Positions 38,209 through 48,349 of a stretch of 64,000 nucleotides of DNA are shown in pieces. The notes under the pieces are model-generated. The model was not told the origin of the DNA, searched no databases, and saw nothing but the letters and a program-made list of their open reading frames with translations. This DNA comes from Lophium mytilinum (taxonomy: Eukaryota). The DNA lies in NCBI GenBank assembly GCA_010093605.1, contig MU004194.1, positions 192,156-256,155 of the forward strand, given 5' to 3'. The position numbers and the translations under genes are program-made. How positions within the stretch are numbered: position 1 is the first letter of the stretch; every line of letters begins with the position of its first letter.

Positions 38209-38707
38209 GGGCTGTGCTAGTGGTTGCGATGTGGCGTTGACGTACACACTACTACTGTAAAGCCCTAGGTTTGTAAGCCGGAAGTATAGTAGGTCACGCG
38301 GACTCAGCGGAGTGACTCAATGCAATTAGTTTTGAGGTTCCTAGATTGCACTTCAGAGTCCCAAATTGAGGTTATGCTCTAGGATTGCTGTATCGATTCA
38401 CCGACAGGCAAAATAAACACTTGCTTTTGAGGTGCTTCTAAGTTACAATCAAAATATCACAGATAGCTATGATTGAAGATGGCCAGAACCGTCTCATATT
38501 ATGTTCAACACGACCGACGTACGAGAACCTTTATTCATGACTTGCTGTGTTGCCATAGATTAAACAACCATCAGTTCAAATTCTACATAGGGACCACCAA
38601 AAGCCTTGGCTTTTGCTTCCCGCCGGACACCCGATCACCAAGCGCCTAGAAATACTGCTTGAAAACGCTAGTCTCAAGCTTTCCATCATGCTCTCTCACA
38701 TTTCATT

Positions 38708-39227
38708 TCATCGTAACAACCTGACAGAAACAGTATAATGAGTGAACCGAAACCCCTTACTGCCTCCACTGCGGCGGAATCTGCGGTACAGGCCCATAAC
38801 CAGGAAACCTAGGATCAATCCTAGAAGCTGCTCCAGTCACCGCACCGCCTTGTCCCTGCCCCTGTCCCATTCCCTGATACCACTGTTGCGTGGCCGCAAA
38901 GACCGGTTGCCCACCTCCCATAGCCGTATGCCTGTTGCGCGTATGCGACTGCGGGCTTAGCTGCGGTGATGAATACTGGGGCGTCTGAGTAGCTGCGTTT
39001 CCGTACTGGTGGCCATGTGCGGCTTGTGTTGGAAATTGGAAGCCTTGCACGTTTGGATGAGCCATCGGGGATTGTCCTGCATTCTGGTAGGTTCGCGGGG
39101 TTTGTGTTGCGTGTGCATTGGCTTGACTTGAATACTGGAAGCCTTGGGCGTTTGGATGTGCCATCTGGCGTTGCGGCTGCCCTGTGTTGTAGCCGCCTTG
39201 GGGTGGGTATCCAGCTGGTCCAGACAT
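38708..39227 (-). CDS. Small Gln/Gly/Pro-rich low-complexity protein with an internal duplication
   Basis: ATG at 39227; MAHPN(A/V)QGFQ...ATQTP occurs twice; possible terminal intron (GTAAGG...TCAG) moves the stop from 38757 to 38708. Confidence 0.55.
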
Positions 39228-39817
39228 TATCACTTAGCTTGCAGTGGTTCTCTTTGAGTGAAGGATGTGGTTAGCAACGGATACGGTTAGTACTTAATCT
39301 ATTTATACCGAACTAGAAACCGTGGTGAATGCGTTTGCGCAGCTCAGATCTGACGTGGTGTTCCTCTTCACTTCCACCAAACGCGCATCTTCACTAACAA
39401 GAAAGCGCACAGCCAGCAACAATTTTAGAACGCATCGATCTTGGCATTAGACACTTCTCATTCTGGTGTCAGAACGTCGCCTACGGTCTAGCCTTCATGC
39501 CTTGCTGTCCGTGACGAATACCCTGAAGCTTTGTTGATGCCGGCGACTTCTGACTTTGAAGAAGCAATCTCGGAAGCAGGTTCCCCATTGTCATTGTAGC
39601 CTGCACAGTGAAGTGTTCTTTTAGGAGCCTGTAACACGCCTGCTGCATATCGAGTTGTGACGGTGCGGAGATCAAGGATGAGGAAGAGTATGGGAGTTGA
39701 CCACACAGGCGGCAGTACGAGTATGAACTGGTTAAACCTGCCGAGCTCAGGCTCAATCCACCCACTCTGCTAGCATATGCACGACCCTAGCATTTGTAGT
39801 GGGCGTAAACGGCGGTA

Positions 39818-40295
39818 CTATTGAAGGTCCTCCAGATTTAGCCCCAGAGTTTTGAAGTCGGTCGATCTTAGATATTCTTCGCAGGATGGATAGATCTCCC
39901 CAAAGATGGTTCTCGGTATGCTGAAGTTGAGTGATCTTATTGCATCCAGTTTGCTTTCGTTGAGCCCTAGCGCTATGTGCAAGCGGAGGGAATGCTCAAT
40001 GAGGTTGATGTTGAATGTAGTGGCTTCCCAAACAATCCGCCAGGCTTCTTGGTAGACTTGACGGCAAGTTAGTAGAAAAGCAAGCTTCTTAGAAGCTGGT
40101 CGAATATCCGAGGCCAAAGGATGGGGAGCAACTGTGTCGGTGTATATATGGCAGCGGAGCTCGCCAGGGAGATCCAGGACTGACTTCTTCGTGAAGTTCT
40201 AGTCCCGACGGTGGATGTTAGGTAGTGGATGAGTGGTTATCGGGACGTTGGAATAACCGCACTAAAATAGGGAGCTTTTGCGCAAAGTAGCACAT
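39818..40295 (-). CDS. F-box-like hypothetical protein, possibly truncated or pseudogenised
   Basis: Short first exon, intron with CTAAC branch, then SVLDLPGELRCHIY...LAFLLTCRQVYQEA...TFNI; early TAG at 39818. Confidence 0.5.
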
Positions 40296-40857
40296 TAGCT
40301 CTGCATGTCAACAAACACTCGACGAGAATATCCTGGAACGAACACACTACAGCCTCTGGGTGGTTCCAACAGGCTGCGCGAAATCAGCTCTGTGCTATAC
40401 GAGGCAAATACTCTTCAATTCACCGCGAATCCAGTCCTGCTCACGTGCATTAATCCTTATAGCTGGACTCACCGCAATATCGTGGCCACCCTAGAAGCTG
40501 CACGACCGTCACACAACAGCTGACAGCCGCACCTTACACCCCGGCATCCCATTGCCAATGCTCTTTCCAGTATTCCCTCGCGCAATCAACCTCTGACATT
40601 GTTCCATCCGTCACACTGTTTATCACACACTTTTCACACGGTGCCTACTTGACCGCGATTCCCGGCCCATTCATTTCACCGTCTCGCTGCCTACACCGTC
40701 ACGGGTTCGGGCAGATCTCACTAGCACTTGACCGCCTTCAACGGCAATATTCTTCGCAGGCCCACTACTTGCTCTCTCTAGCGACATCTCCCATTAGTCC
40801 TCTGCTAAACCCAACTATCTACTCATTGTGACTTTGTCTCCCGATATTGGCGTCGTC

Positions 40858-42905
40858 ATGACCATTGACACTTTCGACACTGGAATGGAGAGCAACGCGG
40901 TGACCCAAAGCGCGCTTCTTGAGCCTGATATCTTAGCAATGCCTGAGACCGAACCATCCGCACAGCCAGCACCAACCTCAAATGGGATCATCCCATTCGA
41001 GCAAATGGCCCGCCCAGGAACTCCCCTCGGCAAGACCGAGCCTCTCGGCGAACACCCCGAAGGCGAAGAAATCCGGCGCCAGGTTGAGTTCTACTTTTCC
41101 GATGGAAACCTGGCGACCGACAACCATCTTCTTGGTCTCTGCGGTGGCCGAGAAAATCTCCCAGTTTCGATCAGCCAGATCCTTGGCTTCAAGAAGATGC
41201 GCCGATTTAGACCAAAGACGCGTGTTGTGGAATCGCTGCGGAAGAGTGACTTCTTGGAAGTGGACGAGACGGGCAAGACTATCAAGCGGAAGATCGCTAT
41301 CCGTATCCCAACTCTGCTAGATGACGACGACGATGATTCGGAACTGGCGTACGACCCGGCTTCTGCGCAAGAAGAGCGAAAGGCCACGCCTAGGAGGGCT
41401 AAGCAGGTAGTTCCGACGACGCTCAGGAAGGAGGTTCCACCTGGAATGACCAAGAACATGGTAAATTTGCCCTAGGATATCTTCTTACGTTAGACCACGT
41501 TACTCATGGTATCTAGATGAAACCCTCTGGCTTCGAGGAGTACTACGTCGAGGGCCCCCTTACCCCAGATCAGTACGAGGAAGAGAAGCAGATGTACGAT
41601 CCGGACATTTCCTTCGTCGAGCGCATCGAAGTTGCTATCCAGCGCTTCAAAGCCAAGCGTAAGATGCACCAGATGTTCGTAGAGGTCTTCAGCAAGTTCA
41701 TGCGCTTCGGTGGCGTCGACGGGCAGCAACGTCAGTTCACAGGTAGACTAGCCAAGACAGAACTTGAAGAGTACGATGCATCAGAAATAGCACGCATGAT
41801 GGCTACTCATCATGTGCCTTGGGACCGCGCGGATCCGAAGCGGTGGACTGTGGACTTTGAGGGCGTTGCTAAGGGCTTCCTGTGAGTTTTTCTAGTCCTT
41901 TCTCACCCCCCCTTTCGTTCCTCGATTTCCCAGTAACTGACGACACTTAGTTCCTCTTACTACCCGCAGTACTTCAGCCCCGAGATTCGCCAAATCAACC
42001 GCACAACCCAGGTCCTCCGCTCCTTCTACAACTACATCCTCCTCCACAACGTCTGCCCCGAATTCAACGACGACATCCTCGCCGCCCGTCGCATCTGTGA
42101 CCTTGCCGACAAAGAGCTCCCCGCCGTCTATGCCGTCGGCCCCCTTCTCCCAGGAACCTTCAACACCTGCGCCTCAGCCCTCCTTGGCGGCTACTGGACT
42201 CAGATCCACCCCCCAAACCAGAACCCCGACAAGTCGTGGGACCATGCGAGCCGCGACTCAAGCTGGGCCGGCGAAATCCCCGACGCCACAAGCAAGCAAA
42301 CTTACCGTCCCGAAGCCATGCTCGCAGCGTTCAAGCTCGGCGTCCTCGCATGCGGCAGCGAAGCCGCATACAACGCGCTCACCACCGGCGGCCAAGACAT
42401 CTCCACCATCAAAGCCGCCTTTCCCGTCCTCGGCAGCGAAACCGTCGGCCTCAGCGTTCTAGGCACCGAGCCGCCCAGCGACGACACCCGCGCGCTGTAC
42501 GCCGCGCACAACAAGAAATGGAGCCACAAGCTGCAGATCGAGCCGCTGGGCAAGCTGATCTGCGACGCGTGGGCCGTGCCGGACCTCGAGGAATGGGACC
42601 TGCCGCCGCACCTGCTCGCGGAGAAGAAGAAGGCGCGGCCGCGCCGCTTCGAGTTCTGGATCGAGGAGTCGGCGCTCAAGCTGTGCTTTGCGAATATGAA
42701 GATTCGCGCAACGGTTATGAAGCTCGAGCATGAGATTGAGGTGCTGGACGAGGTGCAGCTGGTGCATTGCAGCTTCTATGAGTTCTTGCTTAATGAGCTG
42801 CAGATGCAGGCGAAGGTGCCGAAGGAGGTGCGGTTCCTGAAGCATCGGGATTTGAAGGCGATGGAGGAGTGGGAGGCGGAGGAGAAGGCGGTTGCTGAGG
42901 TCTAG
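40858..42905 (+). CDS. arb1: La-motif / Argonaute siRNA chaperone Arb1 fusion protein; 3 exons (40858-41460, 41517-41881, 41951-42905)
   Basis: La motif IRRQVEFYFSDGNLATDNHL...ILGFKKMRR; Arb1 motifs KPSGFEEYYVEGPLTPDQYEEEKQMYDP...RIEVAIQRFKAKR and FYNYILLHNVCPEF...ARRICDLA. Confidence 0.9.
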
Positions 42906-43297
42906 ATGGTGCGCAGCTTCTCCTTGGATGGTGCTGTTATCTTTTGATGGCCTCCCTTTGATTTCAATGATAGGCTCAAAATTACTAGATTAAGGTGGGA
43001 CAGTGGTTAGGAAGTCCGTGAGAGTCTTTTAGTCTTTCGTGGCGGGCTTCAGAGTCTGCGAGATTCGAGTGATTATAGGCTGAGCTTATAGCTCAAAAGG
43101 CGAGGTTATCAAAACTGAAAGCTTGCATAGATCTGTCGCTACTGCTCGTGATGCTTCCATATAAGATGAAGAATTCGCAAAATATGTGTCAGGCGGAACA
43201 GGGAAAATCAGACGCGCTCGTAGTTAACATACTGGGCCTTTCACGTAGTAGCGAAAGGTGTATGTAGATACATGTCCTATTCCTATTTGGTGGTATC

Positions 43298-44683
43298 TTA
43301 CGGTCGTAGCAACAGCTTCCCCGTCGATTTCCTGCTTTCGATATCCTGACTTCGTTAGCTGAAAGTGTCTACGTTACGATATTGCAGAGCATGAGCGGCC
43401 TACCTGGTGCGCCCTGGCAACATCCTCAAGCGGATAGATCTCATGGATCCGCACATCCATCTTATCCTTGACAATGAAGTCCCACAGCTCAGCCGAATAC
43501 TTCTCCAACTCTCCTTCCTCCGAGATATAGTTGAAGAACGTCGGACGAAGCAGTTTCGCGTTCTTCGCAGTAAGTCGCCTATCATCCCTCGTCAGTGACT
43601 ACCCACCAAACCCCCTCACCCATCAGAAGAGGAACAAAAGAAGCACAACTCACGAAATCGTCACCGGCGGCACCGCCCCACTCGCATTCCCAAAACTAAC
43701 CAAGCTCCCCTTCCGCGCCAGACTGTTCAAGCTCGCATCAAACGTCGCCTTCCCCACCCCATCAAACACCGCACTCACCCCCTTGCCCCCGGTCACCTCC
43801 AGTACCTTCTTCACAAACACGTCCCCGTAATCAAAGTACTCCAGCGTAACTTCGGCCCCATACTTCGCCGCCAACGCCCGCTTCTCCTCCGTCGACGCCG
43901 TCGCAATCGTCCGCGCGCCCACCGCTTTTAGCAGCTGCACCAGCCACAGCCCCACGCCGCCCGCGGCCGCGTGCACGAGGATCCAGTCGCCGCGCTGCAC
44001 GGCGTAGGCGTCGCGGATGAGGGTGAGGGCCGTGAGGCCTTGGAGGCTGGCCGCGGCCGCGGTTTCGGGCGAGATGGAGGGGGGGAGGGCGACGACTGCG
44101 GTGGCGGGGACCGGGGTGAATTCGGCGTAGGCGGACTGGTTCATGTAGACGACTGAGGCGTTGAGGGAGAGGTGTGAGGGGGTTTTGGGGCCTAGGGCGG
44201 CGATTGTGCCGGCGCCTTCGCGGCCGAGGATGTAGGGGAAGTTGGGCGGTGGGTAGAGGCCGGTGCGGAAGTAGCTGGAGGAGGGTGTTAAGGAGAGGCT
44301 TTTGTGTTTCTTGTGTGGATTGGAATATATGCGAGGAGGAGATGTAGAGAAGAACTGGGAGAGGTAGGAATTATGGGTGCATACGTATCGATGTAGTTGA
44401 TACCAATGTACTCATTCTTGACTAGAACCTCCCCTTCTTTCAATTCAGGCACTGGGATATCCGTCTTGTATTGCAAAACCTCAGTGCCGCCTGTCTTCTC
44501 GATCCACACCCCTTTCATCGTCTTCGGGAGCTGTGTTGCGGACGCCATTGCTCTTGATTGCAAGATGCTTTTGCCGCGAAACTGAGGAGATAATTGAGTT
44601 TTCAGGAGTTGCAATCGCGATATTGATGTCGTGAAAGAGCGATTCCGGACTGGAAAAGACGCAATTCGAGGTGCAAAAGACAT
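43298..44683 (-). CDS. ZTA1: NADPH:quinone oxidoreductase (zeta-crystallin family); about 4 exons; alternative ATG at 44548
   Basis: GINYIDTY, YFRTGLYP, LGREGAG, LQGLTALT, LVHAAAGGVG, FDGVGKATF, SFGNASG and TGKLLL motifs. Confidence 0.93.
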
Positions 44684-44796
44684 GAGTGTGGTTACTTAGG
44701 CTTTGTAATGGAGCTCTCGCGGAAATGCCCCGCGTCTACTTAGGTACTTTTGAACCCCGCCCTCTACATCACAGTTCGGCTATTCTTGCACCATAC

Positions 44797-44880
44797 CAGG
44801 GCTCCCGTCACAAAAAGTGAGACTCTACTTAGTGGGGCGCACGGTGCTTCAGAGTCTCACTTTTTGTGACGGTAGCCCTG
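44797..44880. mobile_element. 84-bp element with 30-bp terminal inverted repeats (MITE-like or hairpin)
   Basis: 44797-44826 CAGGGCTCCCGTCACAAAAAGTGAGACTCT matches the reverse complement of 44851-44880 at 29/30; 24-nt spacer; flanks CATAC and CGTAC. Confidence 0.6.
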
Positions 44881-45713
44881 CGTACCAAACCATTAGGGCT
44901 ATTAAAGCTCTCTATTCCATGATTGGGTATGACGCAGAAAATCGGTGATGGTCGGAGTGGATAAAGTGGCGGCAAGTCGAGCACTTTACAGCACTAGGAA
45001 TTTGTCGAAAGGCCCGAGGCTTTTGCTGTTGAATAGTAGGGCGATCAGAAACCGAACCACACGAGCATGTGAATGGGTGGCCTAAGAGGGATATACAAGT
45101 TCTATAGTGCTTAAACATGACTAGCTATTCGTCTATACATGCAAGCCGCCTGGTATGTGTCCAGCTAAAGTATGTGGCTTCTACCGTTCTCATAGCTTCC
45201 CCGTCATCCCAATTCATACTCAACAGCCGTTGCTCATCCAAAGCGCACTGCCCGCCGCAGACATCAAGCCTACCAATCCACCCAGAAGACACACTGGAGC
45301 AGACTCACAAAGAGAGTGCTCCGCCAATTCCCCAGCATCAATCTTAGGAGCACCACGTACAAAGCGACTCGCCAAAACTGGTCAATCTCACAACATAAAA
45401 CCGCCAGGTCTTGCCGTCCAGACGCGCTCGACTTCTGATGCTCCGTCAATGCCGTCGGTTGGGGACCGTGAACATCGGTGCCGGACCGAGTCTGCACCAT
45501 TAGAACTAGCAAGACAAAAGCGTGCAGGAGCCAGGAGAAGAATAGAAAAGTATGAACATAAAGATGAAAAGCAATCTTGAAGGAAAGCTCACAGAAGTAG
45601 ACGAAAAAACCAAGACAGTCTCCGACGCCATCGCCGTTGTTTTAGCCTGGTCTAAGAAAAGATGAATTGTATTAGCAGAAGAGAAGGAAAATCGAGCTAC
45701 ACCATGTGTCCCT

Positions 45714-47378
45714 TCATAGCATCAACAGGCAGGTGAGAGCAACTGCTAAGAGGCCTCCAGTCGCCGCACTGAGCTTACCAGCAGCACCCTTCTTGGTCGT
45801 GCTTGCTGATGGTGCGGCTCCTGTTGATGTAGCATTAGCACTGGTGGTCTCTCCGCCAGGCAAATTGCTGTCGTCATTGCCTAGAATCTTGATTGCTAGG
45901 CCTGAAATCTCATTGCCGTTGCTCCCGTAGATAGCCATTGGGACTGCTGTCTCTTTGACATCCACCAGTTTTCCGTTATTGGGGTTCTTGATACCGTTCT
46001 TGATCAGGTCATCGACACCGTCGGGGGGACTTGGGATCTTGAAGCTCTGGGAGAAGCCCGAGTCCGATATCAGACCTGAAGAGCATTCCGGGGCCTTCGC
46101 ATTGGTGGCTGTGGCATTGGCTGACTGGAGTAGGGTAAGATCTAGCTTGTTGTATTGGCTCTGGAGGTTATCGTAGTCCTTCTTGAGTGTGACAGTTGTA
46201 TTATCGTTGATATTGACGAGACCATAGTCGGCTTCTTCCTGGCTGTACTCATAGACGAGGCCTCCGCTCAGGGCTGTCATCTGCGTGCCGTATAGCGCAG
46301 CAACCTCATTGAAGACTCTGGGGGTACCGAGGGGCTTGTTGCAGCCATACTCGGAGAAGAAGACGGGGAGCGAGCTATTTTGGAACATGGAGACGAGGTC
46401 GTTATAACCCGCAGTTTGGAACGTTGCTGCAGCTCCACACCAGGAATAAGAATTGAGTCCAATGAAGTCCGAGCGTGACAGATCCGTTTTGCCGTCGATG
46501 TTGCATTGGAAGTAATTGTAGGTATCATTTAGTATGGGGCGGACATCCGCGGCGGAGTATCCCACGGGGATTGTTCGTGAAGCCTGGGCGGCGATGTAAT
46601 TCTTGAGATCTCGCTGGATAGCCTGGTAACTGTGTTAGCTTAAGCTATTCGCTTCAAAGCTGATGACTAGTGCTCACTCTGATATACGGAGGGTTATCCT
46701 TGGAGGAGGGAATATCGTTCATGACCTCGTTGGCAGCAAAAAAAGCGAGGGTATTGGGGTAGTTCTTGAAGGCCTCCACGATACCAAAGGTACGAGTAAG
46801 GTAATTAACGTTGTAGGAGCCTGAAGGGTCGGAGCGGTCCAGAGACTCTCCTGCAAGAGGCGAATTGACGTCAAGAATCATGTATATGCCGACGGCGTTG
46901 AAGATGCTGGCGCATTCATCGTGATTGGCAGCTGGATCAATGTTGTAGACGCGGATGGTGTTGACCTGCCGGCGGGTTAGTGACGAGCCCAGGCTTATAG
47001 GAATGGAGAACAGGACATACACCCAGTCGCTGGAGAAGTGCAGCATCTCGTAAACAAACAGTGCCGTTGGTGAGCGGGTCCTGGCCCGTTTGGGGTTTGT
47101 ATCCAGCTTGTCCGCCGGGTTGATAGCTGCGCAGGTCAGTAATAGCACCAATTGATGCGGGAACGGGACCTTACTCAACACCAATGATCATCAGCCTCTT
47201 GTTCGTCTTGGAGTCGACAAAGTCCTGGCCTTGAATCTCGACGGTATGTACTGCATAGGCAATGCTGACCAAAGAGACGAAGAACACCACTAGGGTGCGG
47301 AGTAGCTGCAACATGATGGTTAGAACAAACGGTTGGTATGGGTATTTGTGGTATTGTTGGAGGACTCACGGAGAGCAT
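45714..47378 (-). CDS. GPI-anchored beta-1,3-glucanosyltransferase (GH72, Gel/Gas family, no X8 domain); about 5 exons
   Basis: Signal peptide, YQPGG, NTIRVYN, FFAANEVMND (acid/base Glu), FFSEYGCN (nucleophile), SGGLVYEY, S/T tail and hydrophobic GPI signal. Confidence 0.95.
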
Positions 47379-48349
47379 GGCGGGCGCGATAAGTCGAGCA
47401 GCGGGCGGTCAATGGCTCTGAGCGCGCTTCCCTGATTTAAGCACGCGGCGAGTTCGCGACGGCTTCAAGCGGATGGTGGGTGGTGTCGAGGGGCAACAGC
47501 GGCACACTAGGAATGCACTACAGATAGGTGCAGGGCAACGCAATCGTGGGTTGTTGGGAGTAGCGAGTGAAGGCGACAACTGTCAGTAACGAGCGACGTT
47601 GGTGAGCAGAAGGACAGCGGCGGCGGTCGAGAAGGTCGAGACGTGGTGATACCCACGGCTCCCTCAATTGCTTATGTAGAATGACGACCAGCCGAGGACC
47701 AGGAGATTGCGCAAATTAGCTCCGTTTCTGTTCACCAGACTTCGCAAACACGGTGCAGCGGCGTCAGGAAACCTTCTCTAGGAACTGCATAGGAGCTGCA
47801 TAGAGCAAAAGCACAAAAAGAAAGCTTTCTCGTCTTCAATTGCGCTCCTGGAGCCTCCAGCTTGTGAAGATGGCCAGCTTCTTAGAGCATTCTAAAAACA
47901 GACTGGCTAAAGAGCCCGCAGCCAATCCCGGAGAGGAAGTCCATAATCTGCTGCCCTCGGCGCTATTGGTGGGATCCAGACCTGGTCGCTGTGAAGCGTC
48001 CCTCCAATCCGCGGTTTCGTCAAGACAAGGCATGGCATGTTTCAGAAAGCTCGCAGGTATATTGATCTACCAAGGGCCTTCCTATCCACCAGCTTTTTGC
48101 TGTCCTCGAACAGTCGCACTCCAAGACGCTACAATTACTCTAACGACGCGATGGGCCGATTTATCCTCCACGCCACCGGACTATTGGCAATAGTCTGTCT
48201 GCTATACTACAACACCCAAAACCAGTGATCCCAACTATCCCATACCGCTATCCATGCCACCGTGATTCACCACTACAAAGCCTGCTACTTCGCTAAGGGC
48301 ACATTTAGCATGAAGGCTTGCCACTTTTATGCAACTGCAAGCTCTCCAC

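Noticed and set aside
40858..44880. Functional link between La-Arb1 and the nearby hairpin as one RNAi locus
   Set aside because: Separated by ZTA1; proximity alone is not evidence in a eukaryotic genome.
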